Below the pieces are notes generated by a model that had not been told where the DNA came from, did no database searches, and saw only the letters and a program-made list of their open reading frames with translations. A stretch of 64,000 bases of DNA. It comes from Gemmatimonas sp. GTDB lineage: Bacteria > Gemmatimonadota > Gemmatimonadetes > Gemmatimonadales > Gemmatimonadaceae. Shown piece by piece: positions 37,790 to 48,281 of this stretch. Position 1 is the stretch's first letter. The number at the start of each line of letters is the position of its first letter. A program made the translations under genes and the position numbers. The DNA lies in contig OZ257156.1 in the NCBI GenBank assembly GCA_965279375.1, forward strand, positions 5,088,001-5,152,000. Direction: 5' to 3'.

Positions 37790-37839
37790 CCAATCGCAGC
37801 ACACGCGCACAAACCGCGACAGTTTCGCGTTCTGTGTGC

Positions 37840-39072
37840 ATGACTTCTCCATCGCTCTCATATCGTCTCGCGTCGCGCCGGATCACGTACGCCCGCGCGC
37901 GACTGTTGCTTGGCATCTCCGGGGTCGGCACCTCCGTGCTCCTGGCCACGACGGTACTGGCCTTCGACCTTCCCGCTCGGCTCCTCTCGATCGACGCGCG
38001 TCAGCCTATCGGCGCGGCCGCTGCATCACTTATCGCCGCGCTCGCGTTTGGTGTACTTGCGTTCGTGCCCTTCGACCTGATCGGCGGCGCGTGGCTGGTC
38101 CGAGAAAAGTCGGCTCCCTCGGTGTTCTTCCGACGCTGGCTTCGCGGCGTCGCGGCGCAACTGTTGGTGTGGTGCGCCAGCATCGTCGTGCTGCTGGCGG
38201 GCACGCGTACGTGGGGAGCAGGCGGTGCGCTCCTCGCGTTCGTCTTGATGCAACTCGTGCTGGCCGGTACGCGCGGCTGGTTCGCGCAGCGCGTGGCCGC
38301 GATGCCCGTGCGCGCGACTCCCGCTATCGTGTCCCGCGCGGCCGAACGCGCGGGCCTCGATGCCTCACAGCTTCGCGTGTTGGACGTACCAGACGAAGGC
38401 TTCGTGGGCGGCTGGTCGGGCGTACGCGGAGGCACGCTGCTGATCCCGCTGCGCTGGTCGCTGTTGCCCGATCGAGCGCTCGAGGCGACACTCGCACGTC
38501 GGCGCATCATCCGCGACAGCGGCGCGCACCAGCGCGGCGTTCTCGCCGCGATCCTCTGGAACACGCTCGGCTTCGCGCTGGTGGTTGGGCTGTTGCCGTA
38601 CGTGACTGTTGCACCGCTCGCGTCTGCGGCTGGACTGTGCACCGCTGCGGCCGGCATGACGCTCTGGGCGTTTCTCGGGGTGCTCGTGCTTCCCACGCCA
38701 TCGCGTGCCGCTGTCTTCGCGATCGATGCGGCCAGCGTCGAGGCCGTTGAGCCTGCGACGACTCGCGCGCCCATAACGACGGCCGCTGCGCGCGATGCCA
38801 TCGAGCAGCTCGATCGGTGGCAGGACGACGAACCCGCGCGCTCGCGTCGAGTGGAGACGATTTTTCACCCCGTGCCAGCGCGGAGCGAACGTGTGCGCCG
38901 ACTCGCCGCGCCCCAGACAAGCGCACCAGCGATTCAGCGCTGGTACGCCAGCATCCATCACGTCGCACGACATGCACTCTGGCTCAACTGGGCGTCGTTG
39001 ACGCCGCTGTCACGTGCCGTGCACTGCAATGTGGGGCGACCGTCGCTGTGGGTCATGCTGCCGGGCGACTGA
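37840..39072 (+). CDS. Multi-pass membrane protein, M48/Ste24-like layout without HExxH
   Basis: Several TM helices, FAIDA and IFHPVPARSERV (HP...R-like), but no HExxH. Confidence 0.55.
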   Translation: MTSPSLSYRLASRRITYARARLLLGISGVGTSVLLATTVLAFDLPARLLSIDARQPIGAAAASLIAALAFGVLAFVPFDLIGGAWLVREKSAPSVFFRRWLRGVAAQLLVWCASIVVLLAGTRTWGAGGALLAFVLMQLVLAGTRGWFAQRVAAMPVRATPAIVSRAAERAGLDASQLRVLDVPDEGFVGGWSGVRGGTLLIPLRWSLLPDRALEATLARRRIIRDSGAHQRGVLAAILWNTLGFALVVGLLPYVTVAPLASAAGLCTAAAGMTLWAFLGVLVLPTPSRAAVFAIDAASVEAVEPATTRAPITTAAARDAIEQLDRWQDDEPARSRRVETIFHPVPARSERVRRLAAPQTSAPAIQRWYASIHHVARHALWLNWASLTPLSRAVHCNVGRPSLWVMLPGD

Positions 39073-39082
39073 GCGCGTACGA

Positions 39083-42000
39083 CTATCGCAGTAGCTGCTC
39101 CAACTCTTCGCGTCCAAGTCCCGCGATGGGACCTGAGTCGCCACCAAGGATTGCATCGGCTAACGCGCGCTTGCCGGCCTGCAGTTCGAGAATGCGCTCC
39201 TCGACGGTGTCCTTGGCGACGAGTCGCGTCGCGATGACATGACGGCTCTGCCCGATGCGATGCGCGCGGTCGATCGCCTGCGCTTCCGTCGCGGGATTCC
39301 ACCACGGATCGAGCAGGAACACGTACTCGGCGGCGGTCAGGTTGAGACCGGTGCCACCAGCCTTGAGGCTGATCAGGAACACGGGGCACTCGGCGTCGTT
39401 CTGGAAGCGATCGACCTTGGCCTCGCGATCGCGCGTCTTGCCGTCGAGATACTCGTAGACGATGCCGACGGCATCCAGACGGCGTTTGACGATCGCGAGC
39501 AACGACGTGAACTGCGAGAAGACGAGCGCTTTATGGCCCCCTTCGATGACTTCCTGCAGTTCGTCAACCAACGCGTCGAGCTTGGCGCTGTTCGCCTCGA
39601 TCTGCGACACGTCTGCCAAGCCACGATGACTGGCCGCTTGCCGCAGTCGCAGCAGCGCCTCCAGCACCTGCATCTTGGCCTTGCCCAAGCCGACCTTGTC
39701 GATGGTGGCGTTCAGATCGCTGCGCACACGCGCGAGCAACGCATCGTAACTCGCGCGCTCCTCGCCCTCGAGCTCCACGTACAACGTGCGCTCGGTACGT
39801 GCCGGCAAGTCGGTGGCCACCTGCGCCTTCGTGCGCCGCATCATGAACGGACGCAACGCCTGTGCGACGGCAGCGACGGCCTTGGCATCAGGCGCGAGCG
39901 GACCGCGCACGGCTGTTGACATGGCCGTCGGGGCGGAGAGCAATCGGCGGAACGCAGGTGCCGCACCCAACAGGCCTGGATTGAGGAACTCGAACAGGCT
40001 CCACAACTCGCCCAAATGATTCTCGACGGGCGTGCCGCTCAACGCGAGACGATGCGTACCGCGCAGCGCACGCACGGCGCGCGTGACATCGGCTGACGCG
40101 TTCTTGATCGCCTGGGCTTCGTCGAGGATGATGTAGTCGAAGAAGACCGTGGCGAGCTTGGTGACATCGCGACGCAACGTGCCATACGTCGTGATGACGA
40201 GATCGAAGTCGTCGAACTTTGGTGCCAGCTTTTCGCGCGACGCACCAAAGTGAATGCCCACGCGCAGCCCCGGCGTGAAGCGTTCGGCTTCACGCTGCCA
40301 GTTGAACACGAGTGAGTTGGGGACCACCAGCAGCGACGCGCCGTTACCCGTCTGTCGCTGTCCATCTAGCAACGCCAGCACCTGCACCGTCTTGCCCAAG
40401 CCCATGTCGTCGGCCAGCACACCGCCGAGGCCACAGCGCTGCAGCAGCTGCATCCAGCCGAGTCCGAGCTTTTGGTACGGACGCAGCGTACCGACGAACG
40501 ACTCCGGCGGCTCCACCGATTCCACTTCGGTGAAGCTTCGCAGCTCGTGACGAATGCGCTCGACCATCACCTCCACATCCACGGTCTGCGCCGAAGCCAG
40601 CAGCGCGTCAACCAATGCCGCCTGCGTGGAGCGGAAGCGATAGTTCTTCCCCTGCCGCTCGCCCAGCGCAATCACAGGCTCCATCTCGTCGATCCACTCG
40701 AACGGCACGCCGAGCAGCGAGCCGTCTTCCATGGTCAACATCCGAATGCCTTCAGCGCGCGCCGCGCGCAGGGCGGAGAGTGGCACCACCTGTCCGTCGG
40801 AGAACTCCACGCCGGCATCGAGATCGAACCAGTCGATGCCGGAGCTCATGCGCACGAACGTCTGCACATCGGCGCGCACGGTCGCACCGTCGAGCGTCAC
40901 CTGCCAGCCGGCCTGATTCATCGCCAGCGCCAGCATCATCGCGCGCGTGACGGGGATCTCGTGCGACGGCATGTTGGGCGCGTTCCAGCGCGTGCGCTGG
41001 GCCCCCTGCTCCTCCAGCAACGCCAACGCCTGCGACTCGGCCTCACGGTCACGGTGCGTTAGGGTGCGCGTGTCGTGCTCGAAGAAGCGGTCGCGTCCCG
41101 CGCCGGCGGGCAGCATGCGCGTGCCATAGGCGAACTGCAGGTTCACCGACGCGGTGGCGTAGGCGCCGACGGCAGTAGGCGCCACCACGATCGAGAGCTG
41201 CGGAACCGGTTGTCCGATGCGCTCGGCGATCACGATGCCCGCCGGCCAGCGCACCCGCATGTTGGGCGGGAGCTGCATCAGCGAGTCGATCAGCGCCGGA
41301 ATCTCGTGCGGGGCGGCGATGATCGGCGGTGCGTGCTTGAGGTATTCGAGAAAGCGCGTGTCCGTGCCCGGAGCGAGCGGTTCGACGGTGCCGCCGCTCA
41401 GGGAGTACGCGCCGCGCACGACCACATCGGCCAGCGCGCGGACCGGGCGTCCACTGGCATCGAGTCCGGGCGCGGTTGCGACCTCGTCCTCGATCACCAG
41501 TTCGTCGCCGTTCTCCCCCTCGAAAGTCTGCTCCAAACCGCGCACGAGACGCCCGGTGAAGCGCCACTGTTCGATCTCCCCCTCGGCGGCTTCGCGCACG
41601 CAAGACAGATCGAGGGACCAGGCCTCGTCGTCTTTCCAGCGCAGCGGCTGGTAGGCCTCATCGGAGGTGTAGCGAATGCGCGCGCGATCAGTATCGCAAA
41701 TGCGCCGCAACGTGACCGGCAGCGACGCGTCCGCGAGGATGAACCGGGCGCTCGGGCGCGTGGAGGCCGACGACACCGGGATGAACTCGTTCGCCGGACG
41801 AGCGCCAAGGAGGAGCTGGGCAATCATGCGGTCCTGCTCGTCGGCTGCGGCTTCCCATCCTTCGCTCGAGACGGAAATGGACTTGGCCGCCCCCCACTCG
41901 CCATCGCGCTGGCGACGCTTCTCCAGCGCCACCACGACGGACACCATCTGCTTCTTGCCGGATTCCGTGTTGGGATCGACGAGATACACAATCCGCGTCT

Positions 42001-42454
42001 CGTCCGGAACGGAGCGGCGGCGTGGCGGCTGCACGACCGGCTGTGTGCGGTCTTCGGCGGCCCACTGCTCGAACACCGCCGGAAGCGCGTGGCGCCACCA
42101 GGCGGCCGGGCCGAGCGGAGAGGTGAGGGTGGTGGCGTCCTCCACAGGCATGATCGTGGGTGGGAGAATCCCCGCCCGTACGAAATGCCGCGCCAATGCC
42201 CAGATATGCTTGCAGCAGTCGCCGTCGCGGCCGATGGGGCAGGAGCAATAGAGCACCGCCCGTGGCCGGTCGTCTTCCCAGCGGATAGAGACGTTGTACC
42301 AGTAGTCCCCACGCACGCTGGCCGCGATGGCGTAGTTCGTGACCTGCGGTTGGCGAAGCTGCAGGCCATTGGCCAGGAGTTCACCACGCTCGCGGACGGA
42401 GTCGGGGACTTCGTGGAGCTTGATACGTAGAGCGTCGTATCCGGAAAGCGGCAT
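39083..42454 (-). CDS. SWIM zinc-finger SNF2-family helicase
   Basis: CSCP..CCKH SWIM, LRPYQ, LADDMGLGKT, DEAQ, LSGTPVEN, FSQF, DPWWNPA..QAIDRAHRIGQ. Confidence 0.93.
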   Translation of the reverse strand: MPLSGYDALRIKLHEVPDSVRERGELLANGLQLRQPQVTNYAIAASVRGDYWYNVSIRWEDDRPRAVLYCSCPIGRDGDCCKHIWALARHFVRAGILPPTIMPVEDATTLTSPLGPAAWWRHALPAVFEQWAAEDRTQPVVQPPRRRSVPDETRIVYLVDPNTESGKKQMVSVVVALEKRRQRDGEWGAAKSISVSSEGWEAAADEQDRMIAQLLLGARPANEFIPVSSASTRPSARFILADASLPVTLRRICDTDRARIRYTSDEAYQPLRWKDDEAWSLDLSCVREAAEGEIEQWRFTGRLVRGLEQTFEGENGDELVIEDEVATAPGLDASGRPVRALADVVVRGAYSLSGGTVEPLAPGTDTRFLEYLKHAPPIIAAPHEIPALIDSLMQLPPNMRVRWPAGIVIAERIGQPVPQLSIVVAPTAVGAYATASVNLQFAYGTRMLPAGAGRDRFFEHDTRTLTHRDREAESQALALLEEQGAQRTRWNAPNMPSHEIPVTRAMMLALAMNQAGWQVTLDGATVRADVQTFVRMSSGIDWFDLDAGVEFSDGQVVPLSALRAARAEGIRMLTMEDGSLLGVPFEWIDEMEPVIALGERQGKNYRFRSTQAALVDALLASAQTVDVEVMVERIRHELRSFTEVESVEPPESFVGTLRPYQKLGLGWMQLLQRCGLGGVLADDMGLGKTVQVLALLDGQRQTGNGASLLVVPNSLVFNWQREAERFTPGLRVGIHFGASREKLAPKFDDFDLVITTYGTLRRDVTKLATVFFDYIILDEAQAIKNASADVTRAVRALRGTHRLALSGTPVENHLGELWSLFEFLNPGLLGAAPAFRRLLSAPTAMSTAVRGPLAPDAKAVAAVAQALRPFMMRRTKAQVATDLPARTERTLYVELEGEERASYDALLARVRSDLNATIDKVGLGKAKMQVLEALLRLRQAASHRGLADVSQIEANSAKLDALVDELQEVIEGGHKALVFSQFTSLLAIVKRRLDAVGIVYEYLDGKTRDREAKVDRFQNDAECPVFLISLKAGGTGLNLTAAEYVFLLDPWWNPATEAQAIDRAHRIGQSRHVIATRLVAKDTVEERILELQAGKRALADAILGGDSGPIAGLGREELEQLLR

Positions 42455-42494
42455 CCCTGCAATCTCAGTAACGACGCGCCGTTCTACAATCCTG

Positions 42495-42920
42495 CTATCG
42501 ATTCCCTGACGCGTGCCTGCAGCGCTCCAATGCGGCGCGCAGGTCGTCTGGCCACGGCTGCGAGCGCTGCCCGACGTAGTCGAAGTGGACGACGACCGCC
42601 TTCCCGTCCCCGGCCAGCACGTCATTGGCAAAGATCTGCTGCCGTAGCGTGGCGCTCGACTTGCCGATCGCTTCCACCCATGATCGGACCGTCAGCTGCT
42701 CTCCGTAGAGGATCTGGCGCCGGAAGTCCACCGCGACATGCGCCAGAATGAACGCTCGCGCCGGCGCCTGCATCGCATCGAACATCGCGATGCGCGCCGT
42801 CTCGATATAGGAGACGAAGCTCACATTGTTGATGTGCCCCAGGGCGTCGGTATCGGACCAACGCATCTGGATAGGGGTGACATGCACCCGACCGTCCTTC
42901 GGCTCGGAGGACTGGCTCAT
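42495..42920 (-). CDS. Acyl-CoA thioesterase (4HBT/YbgC-like hotdog fold)
   Basis: RWSDTDALGHINNVSFVSYIETAR. Confidence 0.9.
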   Translation of the reverse strand: MSQSSEPKDGRVHVTPIQMRWSDTDALGHINNVSFVSYIETARIAMFDAMQAPARAFILAHVAVDFRRQILYGEQLTVRSWVEAIGKSSATLRQQIFANDVLAGDGKAVVVHFDYVGQRSQPWPDDLRAALERCRHASGNR

Positions 42921-44170
42921 CGGCGGCGCGCCGTCACGAGCACCGCGATCTCGTCCGGGCGCGGATTGATGAAATCGAGTCGCACTCGACCATCTGGGAG
43001 CGTGCTGACCGTTGCCGGGATGGCGCTGTTGGTGAGGACCCAGCCGGCAGGGAGCACGACCGCATTTGCCGGCCGCCCGAACCCGCGATCCCACACGAGT
43101 TCGTCGCCCACGAGACGATAGCGCGCACTGTCGGTGTAGGTCTCGGACATACGCAGCCGCGCCGATCCTCCTGCGGTCACGGGAGCGAAGCGAAAGACGA
43201 CGGCTTCGGTGGTCGGGGTCACGTCCGTCGCGCCGACGTTGGCCTTGGTGATGGCGTCGCCCTTGAGCACATCGAATCGCAGCGATTCACCGGTGTCGAG
43301 GTTGCGCGCGGACGGATTGGAGACGCTGCTGCCGGCGCGCACGACGTTGACGTAGTAGCTCATGCCAGCGCGCGTCTCGGTGTAGTCGTGGTACAGGTCG
43401 AAGGCGTGCGTTTCAGGCTGCTGCAGAAAGTAGACGATCTCTCGCGACTGGCGCGCCCGTTCATCGAGCCGCGCGGCGACGCTGGATGGTTTGGCCGTCG
43501 CGCCGAGTGCCGCGACCGCACGCGCGCGCAGGATCAGCGGCGCCTCTGCCGGCGTAGCGTTCCAGAAGCTGATGGCGATCCGACCGTCCGACTCCTGCAG
43601 CACCTGCGACGGGTAGTTGCATGACACGAGTTCGTAGCCCTTGGGCAGCACCACCGCGTTGCGCTTGATGCCAAGCGGTCGATTGAAGACGATCTCGCTG
43701 CCCTCGACGAAGTAGCTCTTCGCGTCTTCGTAAGTCTTGTCGATCAGCACGCGCGCTTCACCGCCGTTGGCCGGCACGGGATGCGCCAGCGTCACGCGGA
43801 TGTACTGCTGCGTACTGTCCGACACGCGCACGCCGCCCGCGCGTGCGACCGCCGCTCCGACCACATCGAAGACGAGCGGCTTTCCCGTCGCGCGATCATT
43901 CACATGTTCGTCCGTCGCGATGCTGCCGGCACGAATTGGATTGAAGTAGTGCGTGGCGCCCGCCGTTGTGGCCGTGACGTCGTAGATGATGCGGAACTTG
44001 GCGGACCCGGGCGCCAGCAGTTCGTAGCGTGTGTAGGCGTCGGCTTCGGTCTGCCGCGCGGGAGTGGGCGCCTGCGCGCGCATCGTGGACGTGACGCAGA
44101 GCGTGAGCCCGAGGGCCGCGCCAGCAAGGCGCAGTCGACGTGTACGGATGGGCGTGAAGAAGCGAGACAC
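42917..44170 (-). CDS. Exported hypothetical protein made of two tandem homologous domains
   Basis: Signal peptide. The halves share N..RAGS, D..TG..L.FDV and NAVVLP.G motifs. Confidence 0.7.
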   Translation of the reverse strand: MSRFFTPIRTRRLRLAGAALGLTLCVTSTMRAQAPTPARQTEADAYTRYELLAPGSAKFRIIYDVTATTAGATHYFNPIRAGSIATDEHVNDRATGKPLVFDVVGAAVARAGGVRVSDSTQQYIRVTLAHPVPANGGEARVLIDKTYEDAKSYFVEGSEIVFNRPLGIKRNAVVLPKGYELVSCNYPSQVLQESDGRIAISFWNATPAEAPLILRARAVAALGATAKPSSVAARLDERARQSREIVYFLQQPETHAFDLYHDYTETRAGMSYYVNVVRAGSSVSNPSARNLDTGESLRFDVLKGDAITKANVGATDVTPTTEAVVFRFAPVTAGGSARLRMSETYTDSARYRLVGDELVWDRGFGRPANAVVLPAGWVLTNSAIPATVSTLPDGRVRLDFINPRPDEIAVLVTARRR

Positions 44171-44291
44171 GGTCGTGGCCTGAGGTCGATGGCGAGCGTG
44201 ACGACGGGAAGTAACTTTTTCGGTGTGCCCCAACTTGCAGTCCGGGTTGCCGATGCGAAACCATAGCGAAACCATTCACCGCTGAGTCGCC

Positions 44292-44837
44292 ATGCACGCC
44301 GAAGTCGAGTCGCTGGTCACGGCCGTCAACGCAGCGCGCGACACCCTCGTCGCGTCGATTGCCGATCTGGACGATGTGCAGGGCGCATTTCGGCCTGCGG
44401 AAGGTGTCTGGTCCATCGCCGAAAACCTCGAGCATCTCTGCCTCGCTGAGTTGTCAGGTATCACGAAGATCAGTGCGGCGGCATCGCAGTATCGACGGGG
44501 CGCGCGCTGGACCGATGCACTACCCAACGCCGGTCGCTCCGCGAGGGAGATCATCGCGGCGACGTGGACGGAACGGGTCGACGCACCGTCAATCGTCGTG
44601 CCGAACATCGGCGGTCCGTTGAGCGTGTGGGTCTCCACGTTCCGGGCGCTCGGCGGCGTGTTGCGCGAGGTCTGCGTCACCTTGGACGGGCTGCCGCTCG
44701 ACGAGATCATCTACCCGCACATCTTTTCCGGTCCGATGAGCGCGCGACAGCGTCTCGATTTTCTCCGTGTGCACATGGAGCGCCATCAGGCGCAGATGGC
44801 GCGTGTACAGCAGGATCCCCATTTCCCGAGCGCGTGA
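44292..44837 (+). CDS. DinB-family protein
   Basis: WSIAENLEHL, HIFSGPM, HMERH. Confidence 0.85.
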   Translation: MHAEVESLVTAVNAARDTLVASIADLDDVQGAFRPAEGVWSIAENLEHLCLAELSGITKISAAASQYRRGARWTDALPNAGRSAREIIAATWTERVDAPSIVVPNIGGPLSVWVSTFRALGGVLREVCVTLDGLPLDEIIYPHIFSGPMSARQRLDFLRVHMERHQAQMARVQQDPHFPSA

Positions 44838-45916
44838 TGCGACGACTTCGCGTTGACGTGACGGCGCGTCCCCAACGGCGCCTGTCCAACTGGTTCTTCC
44901 TTCTGGTCGCGCCATTCCTGCTGCTGGGCAACGTCGAACTCGTTGCGGCGCAGCAGGGACCTGCAAGGTTCGTGGTAACGTCCGCTGCAGCTGGTGCGCG
45001 ATGGTACAAGGGGAATACGCACACCCACACCACCAACAGCGATGGCGACACGCCACCCGAGGCAGTCGCGCGCTGGTACAAGGCGCACGGCTACGCCTTT
45101 CTGGTGCTGAGCGATCACAACGTATTCACCGATCCGAAAACGCTCGCATCGCTGATGGACTCCACGTACCTGCTGCTGCCGGGCGAGGAGGTCACGACCG
45201 GCTTTCAGAAGGCGGCGGTGCACGTGAATGCGCTTGCGGTCACGCGCGTCATTGCTGCGCCCAAAGACTCCACGCTACTGGGCACCGTACAGAAAACGGT
45301 CGATGCGATTCGTGCGGAAAACGCCATTCCGCACATCAATCACCCAAACTTTCTCTGGAGCGTCGACACGGCCACGCTCTTTCGCATGCGCAATGACAAG
45401 CTACTCGAGATCTTCAACGGGCACCCGACGGTGCACAATCTTGGTGGCGGCGACTGGCCGGGAATGGAGGAGGCGTGGGACGCACTCCTGACGCGCGGCA
45501 GGCCGCTGTACGGCATCGCCGTGGACGACGCGCACCACTTTCAGGGCGAGTTTGCGGCAGCGCGTGCGAATCCAGGGCGCGGCTGGGTGGTGGTGAAGGC
45601 GCCGGCACTCGAGACGCGCGCCATCGTCACGGCGATGGAGGCCGGCCAGTTCTACGCCAGCACCGGCCCCATTCTCGACGATGTCGTGACCACTGATCAG
45701 ACGCTACAGGTGCGCATCACGCGGCGCGGCGACTTCAAGTACACCACGCAATTCATCGGCGCCAACGGCACCGTGCTCGCGACCGACAAGTCGCTGACGC
45801 CCACATATCGTCTCAAGGGCAACGAGACCTACGTGCGCGCGAAAGTAATCGAGTCCGGCGGCGCGGCCGCGTGGGTGCAGCCGGTGTTTACGACGCGCTA
45901 CGGGGAGACGAAGTAG
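44837..45916 (+). CDS. Exported PHP-domain metallohydrolase (CehA/McbA-like)
   Basis: GNTHTHT..SDG, SDHN, GEE, NHP, DDAH. Confidence 0.85.
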   Translation: MRRLRVDVTARPQRRLSNWFFLLVAPFLLLGNVELVAAQQGPARFVVTSAAAGARWYKGNTHTHTTNSDGDTPPEAVARWYKAHGYAFLVLSDHNVFTDPKTLASLMDSTYLLLPGEEVTTGFQKAAVHVNALAVTRVIAAPKDSTLLGTVQKTVDAIRAENAIPHINHPNFLWSVDTATLFRMRNDKLLEIFNGHPTVHNLGGGDWPGMEEAWDALLTRGRPLYGIAVDDAHHFQGEFAAARANPGRGWVVVKAPALETRAIVTAMEAGQFYASTGPILDDVVTTDQTLQVRITRRGDFKYTTQFIGANGTVLATDKSLTPTYRLKGNETYVRAKVIESGGAAAWVQPVFTTRYGETK

Positions 45917-47144
45917 CGCTCGAATTGGCCGCAGCCGCGCCAACGCCGGCTGCGCGTCCAGTCGCCCACGACCACAAGAAGTTGTAGCCGCCGATCGGAC
46001 CGAACGCATCGAGTACTTCGCCACACAGGAACAGTCCTGAGTGGCGTTTGCTTTCCATGGTGCGCGGATCGATTTCCGCGAGGGACACGCCGCCGCCCAT
46101 CACCTCGGCCTTCTTGTAGCCTTCATCGCCGCTCCACGGCAATTCGCCGCGCACGAGCACGTCGATGAGCCGCAACCGCTCGTCGCGACGCAACTCGGTC
46201 AGCGGGCGATGCACATCGACATCGGCCATCTCGAGTAATACGGTCGCCAGCCGGTCGGGGAGTTCGTTGCGCAGTGCACCCGTCACGGTGCGCGCACCAT
46301 GCGGCTTGAGCGCGGCCTCCCACTCGGCCTCACCCAACGCCGTCCACTGCACCGTCATGCGCGCTGGTGACGTGCGCTCGTTGCGTGCGCGCACCAGTAC
46401 ATGCGACACGTTCAGCGCCGCCGGCCCGCTGTATCCCTGATGCGTGAAGAGAAATCCGCCGGTGTGCGTGGCGCTGCGCTCGGCAGACTTTGCGGAGAGC
46501 GTGACCGGCAGCGACACACCCGAGAGCGCGGCGAGCGCGGGCGAACTGCCAGTGATCGGCGTGAGTGCAGCGTACGTTCGATGAATCGTGTGACCCAAGG
46601 CTTCAAGCACGCGCAGTCCGAAACCGTCGCTGCCCGTGTTGGGCACCGAGAGTCCGCCGGTCGCGATGATCACGCGGTCGCACGTGAGGGGCGCCGCACC
46701 CTCGCGCTCGACCACCCAGCCTTGTGGCGTCGGTCGCACGCCCGTGACGAGCGTGTCCATTCGAATCTGCACGCCTTTGGATCGCGCGTGCGCCAGCAGG
46801 CCATCGCGCACGTCGCGCGCGCGGTGCGAGGCGGGAAAGACCTTGAGCGACTCCGTCTCTTCCGCAAGCGGAATGCCCAACTCCTGCTCGAAGAACTGGC
46901 GCTGCTGTGCGAGCGGCCACGAGCGTACGATCTTGCGGAGCGTATTTGGCGACGAGTCCGTGACGAATCGCGACTCGTCCACGCGCAGCGGAAGCACATT
47001 GCACCGTCCGCCGCCGCTGATCAGAATCTTTCGACCACCGTCCCGCGTGCGTTCGAGCAGTATCGTTTCTGCGCCCGCGTCGGCCGCGAAGATCGCGGCC
47101 ATGGACCCTGCGGCACCTGCGCCGATGACGATGACTCGTGGCAT
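45888..47144 (-). CDS. HI0933/YhiN/BaiN-family flavoprotein
   Basis: IGAGAAG, GRKILISGGGRCN, ATGG.S.P.TGSDG, LFTHQGYSGP, GE.LD..G..GGYNF. Confidence 0.93.
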   Translation of the reverse strand: MPRVIVIGAGAAGSMAAIFAADAGAETILLERTRDGGRKILISGGGRCNVLPLRVDESRFVTDSSPNTLRKIVRSWPLAQQRQFFEQELGIPLAEETESLKVFPASHRARDVRDGLLAHARSKGVQIRMDTLVTGVRPTPQGWVVEREGAAPLTCDRVIIATGGLSVPNTGSDGFGLRVLEALGHTIHRTYAALTPITGSSPALAALSGVSLPVTLSAKSAERSATHTGGFLFTHQGYSGPAALNVSHVLVRARNERTSPARMTVQWTALGEAEWEAALKPHGARTVTGALRNELPDRLATVLLEMADVDVHRPLTELRRDERLRLIDVLVRGELPWSGDEGYKKAEVMGGGVSLAEIDPRTMESKRHSGLFLCGEVLDAFGPIGGYNFLWSWATGRAAGVGAAAANSSATSSPRSAS

Positions 47145-47255
47145 GACTGGAAGTGTAGATTGCTGAAGGAACCTTCAGGCTGAAAGGTAGCGGGCTGCGA
47201 CGCGCACGACACTGCTCGACGATGCTACCACACGAAACTGCAACGGAGACTTCGC

Positions 47256-48281
47256 ATGCATGTGGGGATGATCGGTCTCGGTCGGATGGGCGCGAACATG
47301 GTGCGCCGCTTCATGCGTGGCGGCCACACCTGTGTGGTGCATGATCTCTCGGCGGACGCGATTCGCCAGATGGCGTCCGAGGGCGCGGTGCCCGGCGAGA
47401 CGCTCGAGACCTTCGTTGCCGCGCTGCCGACACCGCGCGTCGTGTGGATCATGGTGCCGGCGGCGGTGGTGCAGCCTACGCTCGACAAGCTGCTGCCGCA
47501 CCTCGAGGCGGGAGACATCGTCATCGACGGTGGCAACAGCTACTACCGCGACGACATCGATCGCGCCAAGGTGCTCTCGACCCGCGGCCTGCACTACGTG
47601 GACTGCGGAACGAGCGGTGGTGTCTTTGGACTGGAGCGCGGCTACTGCCTCATGATCGGTGGCGAGGTCGAGACCGTGCAACGACTGACGCCGCTCTTCG
47701 CAACACTGGCGCCGGGTGAAGGTACCGTACCGCTCACTCCGGGCCGCGCGCCCGCGGACGCCTCCGAGAGTTCGAGCAAGGGATACTTGCACTGCGGCCC
47801 GCATGGTGCCGGTCATTTCGTGAAGATGGTGCACAACGGCATCGAGTACGGCATGATGGCCGCCTTTGCCGAGGGACTCAACATTCTCAAGCACGCCAAC
47901 ATCGGCAAGCGCGATCACGCGGCCGACGCGGAAACGTCGCCGCTCAGGAATCCCGAGTACTACCAGTACGACTTCGATCTACCCGCCATCACCGACGTGT
48001 GGCGTCGTGGCAGTGTGATCACGTCGTGGCTGCTCGACCTGACCGCCGCCGCACTTGCACGCGATGAAGCGTTGTCGCAGTTCAGCGGACACGTGTCCGA
48101 CTCCGGCGAAGGACGTTGGACGATTCAGGCGGCCGTGGACGAAGCGGTACCGGCCCACGTGCTCACGGCCGCGCTCTACGAGCGCTTTGGCTCGCGCGGC
48201 GAAGACGAGTTCCAGAATCGCGTCCTCTCGGCGATGCGCTTCGGATTTGGTGGACACCTCGAACCGAAGCGCGCCGAATGA
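47256..48281 (+). CDS. gnd: 6-phosphogluconate dehydrogenase (decarboxylating, short type)
   Basis: [46 protein letters not shown]. Confidence 0.95.
   Translation: MHVGMIGLGRMGANMVRRFMRGGHTCVVHDLSADAIRQMASEGAVPGETLETFVAALPTPRVVWIMVPAAVVQPTLDKLLPHLEAGDIVIDGGNSYYRDDIDRAKVLSTRGLHYVDCGTSGGVFGLERGYCLMIGGEVETVQRLTPLFATLAPGEGTVPLTPGRAPADASESSSKGYLHCGPHGAGHFVKMVHNGIEYGMMAAFAEGLNILKHANIGKRDHAADAETSPLRNPEYYQYDFDLPAITDVWRRGSVITSWLLDLTAAALARDEALSQFSGHVSDSGEGRWTIQAAVDEAVPAHVLTAALYERFGSRGEDEFQNRVLSAMRFGFGGHLEPKRAE

Noticed and set aside
37760..37830. Selenocysteine recoding in SelO
   Set aside because: The C-terminus is CSRLSCSS with TGC Cys and a TAG stop; there is no in-frame TGA.
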